Origin: an uncultured virus (IMG/VR IMGVR_UViG_3300037504_000366)
Lineage: Duplodnaviria; Heunggongvirae; Uroviricota; Caudoviricetes
Length of the DNA stretch: 64,000 nucleotides
IMG/VR virus record: IMGVR_UViG_3300037504_000366
Reading direction: 5' to 3' (one strand)
This document shows, piece after piece, positions 1 through 9,147 of the stretch. Position 1 is the first letter of the stretch. Each line of letters opens with the position of its first letter. Below the pieces are notes generated by a model, which worked only from the letters and a program-made list of their open reading frames with translations, was not told the origin of the DNA and searched no databases. The position numbers were made by a program, and so were the translations under genes.

Positions 1-23
1 TGTGCTCCAGTTAATGTCTTCAT
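1..23 (-). CDS. 5' end of a leftward gene running off the window
   Basis: Minus strand reads GGAAAGGA-acgtacg-ATG AAG ACA TTA ACT GGA GCA (SD-like motif plus ATG at 23). Confidence 0.5.
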
Positions 24-38
24 CGTACGTTCCTTTCC

Positions 39-181
39 GGGGGGGGTACCCCCCCCTACCCCGACCCCCCTCCCCCCCCCTGCCGGGGGTGGTGGATGGG
101 TCGGGGCTAAACAATTTTTGTAGAAGGTGTGAATAGGACCCCCTATTCACTTATAGTACCTTCTACTATCTATTCCGACCC
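39..181. repeat. G/C-tract palindrome and nested inverted repeats in a divergent intergenic region
   Basis: G8-TA-C8 perfect palindrome 39-56; CCCCGACCC 59-67 / GGGTCGGGG 98-106; GTAGAAGGT 120-128 / ACCTTCTAC 158-166 enclosing GTGAATAGG 129-137 / CCTATTCAC 142-150; CCGACCC again at 175-181. Confidence 0.9.
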
Positions 182-216
182 TCGATAAACTGCGGGGCTA
201 GAATCCCCCAAAAAAC

Positions 217-246
217 TTGACACCCGCATGCGTATCGCGGTATAAT
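217..246 (+). promoter_or_regulatory. Consensus sigma70/sigmaA promoter
   Basis: TTGACA (217-222), 18-nt spacer, TATAAT (241-246), A-tract upstream. Confidence 0.85.
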
Positions 247-252
247 GGTGTC

Positions 253-816
253 ATGAGACAAGATATGCAGGTCCTCACCAGTAGCTCCACGTACGAATGG
301 TACACGCCGCAGCAATACACGGATGCTGCTCGCAGCGTGATGGGGTCTATCGACCTGGACCCGGCATCCACACGTATTGCTAACCTGTGGATACGCGCTG
401 ATGAGATATACACGATCTCTGATGATGGTCTCTCGCAGCCCTGGTATGGGAATGTCTTTCTTAACCCGCCCTACGGCAAGACTGGTAACAGATCGAACCA
501 ACAGATATGGCTAGACTACGCTATAGACCAATATGCGTCCGGTGATGTGCAGCAGATCATTGCCTTGACCAAGGCCGCTCCTGGATACATATGGTGGGAC
601 GAGCTTTTCAATGGTGGTTGGCCTGGTCCTGTGTGCATCACCACTGGGCGCATCGGGTTTATCAACATCGACTGGGTTATGGCAGACGGGACGATAGATT
701 ACCCGGACCAGCACTCATCTAAAGCGGCCTCGTGTTTTTGGTATGCAGGTCCGAACTTACAGAACTTTCACAGAATCTTTGAGGACTTTGGCCGCGTGAT
801 TCTAAGACAGAGGTAG
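253..816 (+). CDS. Phage DNA N6-adenine methyltransferase
   Basis: EWYTP, IDLDPAS, DGLSQPW and catalytic NPPY motifs; start moved to ATG 253 because TTG 217 is the -35 box. Confidence 0.9.
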   Translation: MRQDMQVLTSSSTYEWYTPQQYTDAARSVMGSIDLDPASTRIANLWIRADEIYTISDDGLSQPWYGNVFLNPPYGKTGNRSNQQIWLDYAIDQYASGDVQQIIALTKAAPGYIWWDELFNGGWPGPVCITTGRIGFINIDWVMADGTIDYPDQHSSKAASCFWYAGPNLQNFHRIFEDFGRVILRQR

Positions 817-819
817 ACT

Positions 820-1227
820 ATGGACTATGTATCCGTTAAGGACACTGATAAACTTTTAGCAAGGTTCAAGGCCCCCATAAAGGATGACCTGTATGCCCAC
901 GCATACATTTGGGGCGACAAGATCAGTATGCTGGACGCTGTGGCCGAGACTGACTCCAGGGCCTTTGCCCTCTGCCTAGTTCTGCCGCAGAAGGTAGATC
1001 CCGACACAGGCGAGCGAGCCCCAGGCCAGAACAAATACGCCGAGCTACATTTCATTCAGGGCAACTATGGAGTTGGCAGAGTTACTCACGAGCTGATGCA
1101 CTTGGTTTTGTTCCTCAGAGAGGACAATCTAATTGAGGATGACGAGGAAATGTGCACCATTGCAGGCTCGATGGCTATATCATTTTGGGAGCAATGTTTC
1201 GAATGGATGAGCGAAAACGAGTCGTAG
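820..1227 (+). CDS. Hypothetical protein with HExxH motif (possible zincin-like)
   Basis: VTHELMH followed by acidic DEE; tightly packed ORF. Confidence 0.55.
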   Translation: MDYVSVKDTDKLLARFKAPIKDDLYAHAYIWGDKISMLDAVAETDSRAFALCLVLPQKVDPDTGERAPGQNKYAELHFIQGNYGVGRVTHELMHLVLFLREDNLIEDDEEMCTIAGSMAISFWEQCFEWMSENES

Positions 1228-1970
1228 TAGCGGTTCCGTTCTTTGACAGCAAAGAGAACAGGCGTCATTATAGAGCTACGTACCCTACCCTCAATATACT
1301 CAAGGATGTGTTGGACCCCAGGCACATCATCTTTCCGGTAGACAATGGCTCTACTGACGATAGAACCTGGCAGTGGCTGAATGACACCCGGCCATTTGAA
1401 CACTTTACCAGAATAGATGAGCCGCAGTCCATTGCTTATGGTGTCAACGCTGCCTGGCATCCATTCCACGATGACCTGATGGCTGGCAGTATTCTGGCCC
1501 TCAAATACGACAGCGACATTTGGATCAATCCCAGTATACACGATGCCATTGAGATGCTGGCCAAGCTCGATGAGATAGATCCCAGCGTTGGGCTGGCTGG
1601 GATTGCATACAATACCCACGACTACAGCGACAAGAATCCTGCCGATGTGAGAAAAAAGTATTTCTACTACAGGTTCATCTATGGTGCTGTGTCACTAAGA
1701 ACATCGGCTGGGTTCAGAGCTATTGGGTATTGCAAGAATCCTCATGGCAGGTGGGGATATCAAGATTTGTGGGACAGTTTCAGAACCAGCAAGGCCGGTC
1801 TCAAGAAAGCGGTGCTTAGAGGGTATGCGTTCAGGCAGATCACCGGCACTGGCTCTCTGTTGGCCCATGAGAAAGACGAGATCAAGGATGCTGGCCATAA
1901 GGCCCTAATACAATTACAAAGAGAGGTTAACAAGGGGAAGCGCCCTATATTTCAGGAGGCATTCGAATGA
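1203..1970 (+). CDS. Glycosyltransferase, GT2/GT-A fold
   Basis: VVVAVPFF, VDNGSTD, DxD (YDSD), WGYQD motifs; ATG 1203 preferred. Confidence 0.85.
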   Translation: MDERKRVVVAVPFFDSKENRRHYRATYPTLNILKDVLDPRHIIFPVDNGSTDDRTWQWLNDTRPFEHFTRIDEPQSIAYGVNAAWHPFHDDLMAGSILALKYDSDIWINPSIHDAIEMLAKLDEIDPSVGLAGIAYNTHDYSDKNPADVRKKYFYYRFIYGAVSLRTSAGFRAIGYCKNPHGRWGYQDLWDSFRTSKAGLKKAVLRGYAFRQITGTGSLLAHEKDEIKDAGHKALIQLQREVNKGKRPIFQEAFE

Positions 1971-2206
1971 GATTTGAGCTGGACAGGAACGAGATCGACA
2001 CGGTACAGGCTCACACGTGCCGTGCTGAATCGTTACCGAGTGGGCCGATGGTGTCGACTGGGTACATCAGCCTGCCATTAGTTAGAGCTACGAAAGATGG
2101 CGTGTGGGTCCTAACTGGCAATACCTACATGCCCACGGCTCAGGTAGCTATCGAGATAAGATTCTGCCCATACTGTGGAGAGGAGTTGAGCAATGAACAG
2201 ACGTGA
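1967..2206 (+). CDS. Small protein with C-terminal CPYCG motif
   Basis: IRFCPYCGEEL; ATGA overlap with the upstream gene. Confidence 0.65.
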   Translation: MRFELDRNEIDTVQAHTCRAESLPSGPMVSTGYISLPLVRATKDGVWVLTGNTYMPTAQVAIEIRFCPYCGEELSNEQT

Positions 2207-2405
2207 TTTTCTTAAAAGGGCTTCCTTGTTGCCCGCTGCTCCCCTCGCGGTAAGGGAGCTTCTGCGGCAGATGGAGGAGACCAGGCGCATTGCTCAGGGC
2301 GAAAGCTTTTCCTGGCTACAGCATGCTGGCCCTGGCTCTACATCAGAGGTTCCCTGGAATTACGGAGAGGTGATTGGTGATACTAGAGACATATCCAGAG
2401 ATTGA
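2193..2405 (+). CDS. Small protein with twin-arginine-like N-terminus
   Basis: MNRRDFLK; SD GAGGAG upstream. Confidence 0.55.
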   Translation: MNRRDFLKRASLLPAAPLAVRELLRQMEETRRIAQGESFSWLQHAGPGSTSEVPWNYGEVIGDTRDISRD

Positions 2406-2519
2406 TTTCTCGATCATAGACACGTTCTATAGCAACATATGGCACATGACACATACAGATAGGCGGCCTCGATGGGACTCTCTACGATGGATTAGAGACA
2501 CCTGGATGCTGGGACTGGA

Positions 2520-3203
2520 GTGGAAATCGTGGTTATAAGCGTATCTGTTCTGCCAAGCAGACTGCCACACACAGAGCCACTGATCCGCAGTCTCAAGGAC
2601 CAAGACTTGCCGATCTATGTGTGGGTACCAAGGTATGTGAAGCGTCTGGACGCCACGTTCTCCGGACAGATTCCGTCCTGGATGGACTTTGTGAACTTTG
2701 AGGTTGTGGACGACATCGGCCCCGCATCAAAGCTATTGTACGGCTTTGATGTTAGCGAGACAGTTATCACAGCAGACGATGACAATGTATATGGCGATGG
2801 TTGGGCGCAAGACCTGATCGATGGATACGAGCGCAACCCAGGTTGTGCAGTGGCTTACAGAGGCAGAGTATTTACAGACAAACACTATAACCATACCGAG
2901 TGCTTGTGGAATGTGAAAGAGGATACGCCTGTTGACATCATCACAGGGACGCACGGCGCTCTGTATAGTGTGGAGATGTTCGATGACTCTATCTTTGACG
3001 AGTGGGAGATCTGGCCCCTTAATGATGACCTGGTATTCAGTACACATTTAAAGAGAAGAGACATAAAGAGACTCGTCATCCCAAGGAATTGCAGGATCAG
3101 GTCTCCCAAAGAGCTGCACTCCACAGACGCATTATTCGATATCAACAGAGCCAAGAATGATGAGGGGCTCGGCAAGCTGGGATGGTGGGATTTATATGGT
3201 TAG
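2520..3203 (+). CDS. Glycosyltransferase-like protein (GT-A)
   Basis: SVLPSRL, DIGPASKL, ITADDDNVY, NDDLVFS motifs. Confidence 0.75.
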   Translation: MEIVVISVSVLPSRLPHTEPLIRSLKDQDLPIYVWVPRYVKRLDATFSGQIPSWMDFVNFEVVDDIGPASKLLYGFDVSETVITADDDNVYGDGWAQDLIDGYERNPGCAVAYRGRVFTDKHYNHTECLWNVKEDTPVDIITGTHGALYSVEMFDDSIFDEWEIWPLNDDLVFSTHLKRRDIKRLVIPRNCRIRSPKELHSTDALFDINRAKNDEGLGKLGWWDLYG

Positions 3204-3846
3204 AGTATACGGATTTCAAAGGTCGGGCACTCACTTTTTGGCCCAATTGCTCAAGGATAACTTTTATCCCAATATCAATATATCTGGTTTGATTGCAGGA
3301 TATGGACACTACACCAATAGAAAAAAGGACAGAAGGGTCTTGCCGTACAAGGCCTTGTTCCGCAATCCCCATAATCCACCACCGACAGACACAGCCAGAG
3401 CGCTATACATATTTAGGGATGGCAGGGCCGTGGCCAGGTCCTTGTGGATGTCTGATGGTTATAGAGGGAAAAGGTGGAAGGATGGACAGTTCTCAAAGTG
3501 GCTCAGAACTCCACTTGACTGGCGCTTCCACAACATTAATGCAGCACCGCACAACACCCTTACGTTTGCTGAGCACTGGATGGAGATGCTTGAAATGTGG
3601 AAAGACCAAGCGTTTCTTGTCCGTTACGAGAACCTGGTTGCTGATACCAGGAAGTGGTTGGGGATTATAGCTGACCACTTTGGGCTTGATAAGCCAGATA
3701 AGTGGGTTCTGCCGCAGAAGCTAGTTGGAACTGCCCCCTCTGGTGGAGGACTCCACGGGTGGCGCGAGCTATTCTCTGAGGACGACATAGAGTATTTCCA
3801 CTCCATTGTACCTAGAGATTACTGGGGGCTATACAATGCCGGGTAG
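3196..3846 (+). CDS. Sulfotransferase
   Basis: 5'-PSB-like GFQRSGTHFL, 3'-PB-like FRDGRAVARS, LVRYENL. Confidence 0.85.
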   Translation: MVRVYGFQRSGTHFLAQLLKDNFYPNINISGLIAGYGHYTNRKKDRRVLPYKALFRNPHNPPPTDTARALYIFRDGRAVARSLWMSDGYRGKRWKDGQFSKWLRTPLDWRFHNINAAPHNTLTFAEHWMEMLEMWKDQAFLVRYENLVADTRKWLGIIADHFGLDKPDKWVLPQKLVGTAPSGGGLHGWRELFSEDDIEYFHSIVPRDYWGLYNAG

Positions 3847-4354
3847 ACCAACTGGACCGCTACCGAGAAAACCCCCGCTGCCTAAAGAGGCTACTGCCAA
3901 GCTGGAAACTATTGCGGGAGGAACGGAGGTGCTCGAGTATGGATCTGGCGGATCCACACTGTTCTTTTCGGATATTGGGGCAATAGTAATCTCCATCGAG
4001 CATCACGAGATGTGGGCTGACCAGGTGCGCAGCCAGGTCAAGGACAACAGCTTTGTTGAGATCAAAGTGGTGCCAAGGGGCGAGATTGGCACCACTGTTC
4101 CAGATGGCGAGTTTGATGTGGTGTTTGTAGATTGTGCCCAGGAGCAGCGCGCGCCTGCCATAAAGTTATCCAAAAATAGCGTCCGTGTTGGCGGCTGGAT
4201 GGTTGTCGACGACTACAACTTTCCAGAGGTGAGACAGGCTGTGTGCAGCCTTTCGGATAAGGCGTGGGACAAGACCATAGTTACCGGACACAAGATGCAC
4301 CCTATCAGGAAAGAGATGGTGCAATCACAGGTAGCATTTTGCAGGAGGAGATAA
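3836..4354 (+). CDS. Class I SAM-dependent methyltransferase
   Basis: VLEYGSGGST, ISIEH, FDVVFVD, GGWMVVDD motifs. Confidence 0.85.
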   Translation: MPGRPTGPLPRKPPLPKEATAKLETIAGGTEVLEYGSGGSTLFFSDIGAIVISIEHHEMWADQVRSQVKDNSFVEIKVVPRGEIGTTVPDGEFDVVFVDCAQEQRAPAIKLSKNSVRVGGWMVVDDYNFPEVRQAVCSLSDKAWDKTIVTGHKMHPIRKEMVQSQVAFCRRR

Positions 4355-4355
4355 A

Positions 4356-4967
4356 TTGTTTCTTATTACTGGGTGTGGCCGCTCTGGCACCAAATACATT
4401 AGCAGAGTTCTTAATCAATGTGGCCTCGATGTAGGCCACGAGGTCCCTGGGAAAGACGGGACCGTTAGTTCGATCTGGGCAGTGCGGGATGACCGGGAGA
4501 GGTATCCTGTATGGCACCACCAGGGGCCGAGGCCCAAGTTCGATGTTACGCTATTCCAGATACGTAATCCAGTACACAGTATACCGTCTCTTACCACCGG
4601 GTCTATTGTAAGCTGGCGATGGAATCAAAGGCATATCCCGCTGGACTTACCAGACCCGGACGATGAGGAGGCAAGGCTATTGACCGCAGCTCAATACTGG
4701 ACGCGGTGGAATATGCTCTGCTTGAAAAAGTATGGTCAGCCATATCAGATCGAGAATCTAGAGGCCGAGTGGCCAAGGATATGCGGCCTACTGGATATAC
4801 GTGTACCATATACAACAGCCGTTCGTGGAATATCTAGGCAGACCAACACTCGCAAGCACCCAGTGTATTCTGCGGCAGAAATAAGATCGGTGTGTTCCAA
4901 AGAGCTATGGAGAAATATGACAGAGATGGCCAGAGTAGCTGGCTATGAGGGAGTTTTAGATGCTTAG
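4356..4967 (+). CDS. Sulfotransferase-like protein (second copy)
   Basis: ITGCGRSGTKY, VGHE, QIRNP...S, YWTRWN, YQIENL. Confidence 0.75.
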   Translation: MFLITGCGRSGTKYISRVLNQCGLDVGHEVPGKDGTVSSIWAVRDDRERYPVWHHQGPRPKFDVTLFQIRNPVHSIPSLTTGSIVSWRWNQRHIPLDLPDPDDEEARLLTAAQYWTRWNMLCLKKYGQPYQIENLEAEWPRICGLLDIRVPYTTAVRGISRQTNTRKHPVYSAAEIRSVCSKELWRNMTEMARVAGYEGVLDA

Positions 4968-7230
4968 AAACGGATCGTTCGAGGGCGGATGGTATCACCC
5001 ACAGTCCATACCGGAGCTACAGATCCCAAACGAGTGGGTGTTTAGCTGGAAAGGCCCGAGTACACCAAACCCATTTGACAGTAATCCCTGGGCCGAGTTC
5101 CACAGACCCGAGGTGAGAGTGTTGCCCAAAGCCCAATTGCCGCCAGAGGAGCACGATCTGTTTATCTTAGATGGCGATCATTGCCTCAAGGTATTCGGGT
5201 CGTCTTGGTGGGGCACATTTGTGCAGCAGGTAGAGCTAGAATCTGGACAGTACGAACTGTCTCTAAATGTATTCGCCGATCTGGTTAAAGAGTACGTGGA
5301 TGGACAAAAAGTGTGGGCCGATGATCCAGAGGGCAGAGACGGCCTAGTGAGGGTGACGGTAAGGTCTGGCTTTGCTGATCAGTCTGACTGGATGAGCCTA
5401 GAGCCAGGAAGTTGGAATACTGTTTCTAGAACCATTGTGGTACCAGACAAAACGACCGTGTGGATTGAGATAGAGTTTATGTGCCCATTCCCGCTCAAGA
5501 GTAACGGCATCTTTGCCGACTCGTGGTCTCTCACTCGCACCTCCGACACTCCAGACGATGAGTGCCCCAGAGCAAGAGAGCCATACAATCGCACGTATGT
5601 ACTTCTGCCGCAGGAACTCAAAGAATCCGATGCGCGCAGAGCATTCGAGCTAGCTTACCCCTGGCGGTTAACGGTTGGCTCAAGCGCAGACGATGCGGGC
5701 ATTTCGACAGTCGGCCTTATGAACAGAGACGTTATCGCCCTGAGGCCAGACGACTGGGCGGGAGCTGGCGAGCTGGAGGAATTCTTTGCAAAGCATTACC
5801 CAGGCGTCGCTATGCATCGTGTGGGCTGGGACAACTCTGTAAGACTATCTGGTCGGCTGGTTGCATCTATCCTGAAGACCAGGGGGTTGTCTCTTGCTTA
5901 TCCTGCCGCACTTGTTCCACACTACGTAACTGGCGAGTTTGGCGAGCCCAGGCATACGTATATCCACAAGGGGCTAGATCTCAGGGCATCGTACGATCCA
6001 GTGAAAGCTATGCTGACCGGCGTCGTGATCAGAGAGGAGATGGACGAGTCTGCTAGCCCATACGGCATTCATGTCATTGTGGAGTCAGACTTTAATGGTG
6101 AAAAGATCCAGTGTCGCTATGCACACCTGGATACCATAGATCCGTCTGTTGTATTGGGCCAGGTGATCGAGAGAGGGCAAGTCTTGGGAGTGTCCGGAAA
6201 CACAGGAAACTCCACAGCGGCGCACTTACATGTAGACGTTAGGTACGTTGGCAAGGGCCTGGATTTATTCATTGACCCAGATCTGCTAATTGATTACCCT
6301 TCTGCCGCAGAACCTCCGCCGCCCCAGATACCGTCTGTATCAGCGAAAAAGCTACTTGGCCTGCACATCCAGACTACGGTACCAGAGTGGCTAGACTACG
6401 TTGCCGATGTTCAGCCCAGGGTAGTTAAGCTAGTGGGGAATATCGAGTTATCCAGGGCTATCAAGGACAGGAGCCCCAACACTCTCGTTGTTTACAGGCA
6501 TCATGTATCCCATCAAGAGCCATACTACAATACAGACAATCCACTCAGAACGGCGAATCAGTTTCTGGATACACACCGCGATGCTCTAGCAAGGAATCAG
6601 GCCTGGATCGACGCGGACGAGTCCCTAAACGAGGAGGTTCCTACACACAACAATCACAAGCTATCTCAGGCTGTTGCTTTCGATGTAGCATTTGCCCAAG
6701 CCCTTTCCGATTCTGGTATTGACGTTGCTCCTGTGTTGCTATGCGGGGCGGTTGGAAATCCCGATCACGGCACCGAGACAGAGCTACTCATTCCGGCAGC
6801 CAGGGCTGCCGTCCAGCACAACGGATTCCTTGGCTATCACGCATACTTTTGGGCAAACACAAACGAGTCTGGGCTCGACTCCTGGTGGAGACATCACGCA
6901 GGGCGAGCACTGGAGTCCTGGGACCCCGTGTTCCGCAGAGCTGGCCTATATCCCAGATACATCTTTGGCGAGTTTGGCGCCGTTGGCTCCAATGATGGGT
7001 ATGCGCTATTCGAGGGTCAGGGCTGGAAGCATCCCGGCTGCATGAACGAGAATGCAGAGCGCTACCTGCAACACCTGAAATCCTGGGCGGACCGTGTGAA
7101 CGCCTGGAATGCTGATCATAACGACCGGGCGTTGGGCGGCACGATCTTTACAACAGGCATTGGAATCGGATGGGAATACTTTCAATTCCATACCTATATG
7201 ATGGACCGTGTGAGGAAAGCGTGGCTGTAA
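4960..7230 (+). CDS. Multidomain lysin: CBM-like + M23 peptidase + glycoside-hydrolase-like domain
   Basis: N-terminal LRNGSFEGG beta-sandwich; M23 motifs HKGLD, YAHL, GNTGNST, HLH; Pro linker; C-terminal NE...GYHAY...GEFG pattern. Confidence 0.75.
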   Translation: MLRNGSFEGGWYHPQSIPELQIPNEWVFSWKGPSTPNPFDSNPWAEFHRPEVRVLPKAQLPPEEHDLFILDGDHCLKVFGSSWWGTFVQQVELESGQYELSLNVFADLVKEYVDGQKVWADDPEGRDGLVRVTVRSGFADQSDWMSLEPGSWNTVSRTIVVPDKTTVWIEIEFMCPFPLKSNGIFADSWSLTRTSDTPDDECPRAREPYNRTYVLLPQELKESDARRAFELAYPWRLTVGSSADDAGISTVGLMNRDVIALRPDDWAGAGELEEFFAKHYPGVAMHRVGWDNSVRLSGRLVASILKTRGLSLAYPAALVPHYVTGEFGEPRHTYIHKGLDLRASYDPVKAMLTGVVIREEMDESASPYGIHVIVESDFNGEKIQCRYAHLDTIDPSVVLGQVIERGQVLGVSGNTGNSTAAHLHVDVRYVGKGLDLFIDPDLLIDYPSAAEPPPPQIPSVSAKKLLGLHIQTTVPEWLDYVADVQPRVVKLVGNIELSRAIKDRSPNTLVVYRHHVSHQEPYYNTDNPLRTANQFLDTHRDALARNQAWIDADESLNEEVPTHNNHKLSQAVAFDVAFAQALSDSGIDVAPVLLCGAVGNPDHGTETELLIPAARAAVQHNGFLGYHAYFWANTNESGLDSWWRHHAGRALESWDPVFRRAGLYPRYIFGEFGAVGSNDGYALFEGQGWKHPGCMNENAERYLQHLKSWADRVNAWNADHNDRALGGTIFTTGIGIGWEYFQFHTYMMDRVRKAWL

Positions 7231-8990
7231 GACTTACATCCTACGAAGAGCAACTGTTCTCAGAGGCCAGGAAAGGCAACTGGGACCCTTTCACTGAGTA
7301 TTATTTCCAGTTGCCGTTCTCTGGCACGATGTACACTACCGAGGACCGAGCCGATAGGTACGAGATGATCTATGACGCCTGGCTGGCTTTAGACAAGCCT
7401 GAGAACGAGTTCTTTATAGAGATAGATCGTCAACCAGCAAAGTTTGTGGTGATGCGCGACAATTACTACGAACCCTATCCGATATTTTTGCTCCCCCACG
7501 GCTTCAGGCTCTTGGATTGGATCAAGCCCTTGATCGATCCTGTGTGCTCCAGAGGCCTTGCTGAGACGGGCGCTGGCACTGGTAAGACAGCAAATGTAGC
7601 GATTGCCGCACTCTCTTGCTGTGCTGTATATCCCGGATTCAGATTCCTTAACGCGGCACCTACAAGCAAGCAAGCTGGACTGATGCTGGCCGAGATAGAG
7701 AAATGGTGCCTGAACACAAAGTTCAGGGAGCTAATTGTGCCATCTAGAGGCGCTAATCCATTGTGGACATACAAGAGCGGACACCCCATTATTAGTATCG
7801 AGGTTGTTGGGGGGTATGCATCGACATTTGTGTGCCAGACAACAGGCAGAGAGGGCAAGGGGATCCTGGGCGACGAGCAGGACTGGATCAATGTAGACGA
7901 GGCGGTTCTCATCGAGCAAATTCAATCTATGAGGCCCATTCTCACGACTCGTCTCAGAGGCACGAGGTCGACAGGGCACTTACGTTGGGGTAAGAATACC
8001 TGGATTACCAACCCAGGCCGCAACGTCGAGTTCGATCTGATGAAAGAGGAGTATGAGAAGTTAGAGAAAGAGGACTCCAGAGACACGGTGGTCTTGACTG
8101 GAATAGACTCATCTGTGAACATCTACGTAACAAGACGCCAGCTAGATAAGCAGCGCGCCGTTATGGATAGCAGAACACAGGGTCGGTGGATCGGAGGAGA
8201 CGCATCATATGTATCAGAGTTCTCAGACCTTGGCGATGAGGTCATAGAACAGTGCCTCGATATGGAGCTCGATCAGATGGTCAGGCAAGACCCCAAGGCA
8301 GAGATAGACGACCTATTTGGGATCACAAGATATGAGATCCCGTATATCCCTGGACATCAATACCTGATCGTCGGTGACGTCGGGCGCTCAAACCTGGAAA
8401 CAATGACATCAATGAACGTGCCCTGCATTATGGTATTTGATGTTACTCATTTCCTTGAGAGGCCTAGCCCTCTGGTTGCATTCCACTGGTGGTCCGGCAA
8501 CGGCTCGTACAGATCGTTCGCAAGCACAATCCGCCGCCTTGTGGTAAAATACAGGGCGATGGCCTACTATGATGCCACACATGTACAATCAATGATGGAG
8601 GACTTCGACGACATCTTTGGTGATCTGCCTATGACCGAGCCTGTGTTCTTTAGTGGGACAATAAAGCCAAAGAGATGGGCTCTGGCAGTAACCATTAAGA
8701 TGTGCCAGGATGGAATGTTCTCCTGGCCAAGAATCAAGGGTTTGTGGCACCAGGCCCGCATCTTTGATGTGAGTACAAAGAAGCAGTCGGACGACATAAT
8801 CGCTACGTTGTTAGTGTTCGCACTAGCCCTACAGTATGAGGGCGCGCTATACCACAAGCTAGTAGACAAATACAGATTGTACGAGGAGCAAGAGAGAGAT
8901 GAGATCACGATTGACGAGGTTTTATTGGCGGGCGAGTCAGAGGGTGTATCTGCTATGTCTTCTGATCGCTACTCGCGTACGATCATTTAG
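7221..8990 (+). CDS. terL: Terminase large subunit
   Basis: Walker A GAGTGKT, APTSKQA, Walker B INVDEA, ITNP, nuclease GDVGR...YDAT...DDII; lies upstream of the portal; GTG 7221 likely start. Confidence 0.85.
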   Translation: MAVRLTSYEEQLFSEARKGNWDPFTEYYFQLPFSGTMYTTEDRADRYEMIYDAWLALDKPENEFFIEIDRQPAKFVVMRDNYYEPYPIFLLPHGFRLLDWIKPLIDPVCSRGLAETGAGTGKTANVAIAALSCCAVYPGFRFLNAAPTSKQAGLMLAEIEKWCLNTKFRELIVPSRGANPLWTYKSGHPIISIEVVGGYASTFVCQTTGREGKGILGDEQDWINVDEAVLIEQIQSMRPILTTRLRGTRSTGHLRWGKNTWITNPGRNVEFDLMKEEYEKLEKEDSRDTVVLTGIDSSVNIYVTRRQLDKQRAVMDSRTQGRWIGGDASYVSEFSDLGDEVIEQCLDMELDQMVRQDPKAEIDDLFGITRYEIPYIPGHQYLIVGDVGRSNLETMTSMNVPCIMVFDVTHFLERPSPLVAFHWWSGNGSYRSFASTIRRLVVKYRAMAYYDATHVQSMMEDFDDIFGDLPMTEPVFFSGTIKPKRWALAVTIKMCQDGMFSWPRIKGLWHQARIFDVSTKKQSDDIIATLLVFALALQYEGALYHKLVDKYRLYEEQERDEITIDEVLLAGESEGVSAMSSDRYSRTII

Positions 8991-9147
8991 CCAGCGTGCG
9001 TGGATTGCGATTTGCAGAGCGGTCTTGTTCGTTATAGAGAACCCAAGGGCCAGGCTGATCGCATACCTGCACAAGCAGGTAGACAGGCCCCAAGATAGAT
9101 ACATCCCTATCATACAGGGAGATAGGTACGACAGGAGATAGCAACTT

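Noticed and set aside
217..252. ORF-track TTG start for the methylase
   Set aside because: The TTG is the -35 hexamer; ATG 253 fits the promoter and the family N-terminus
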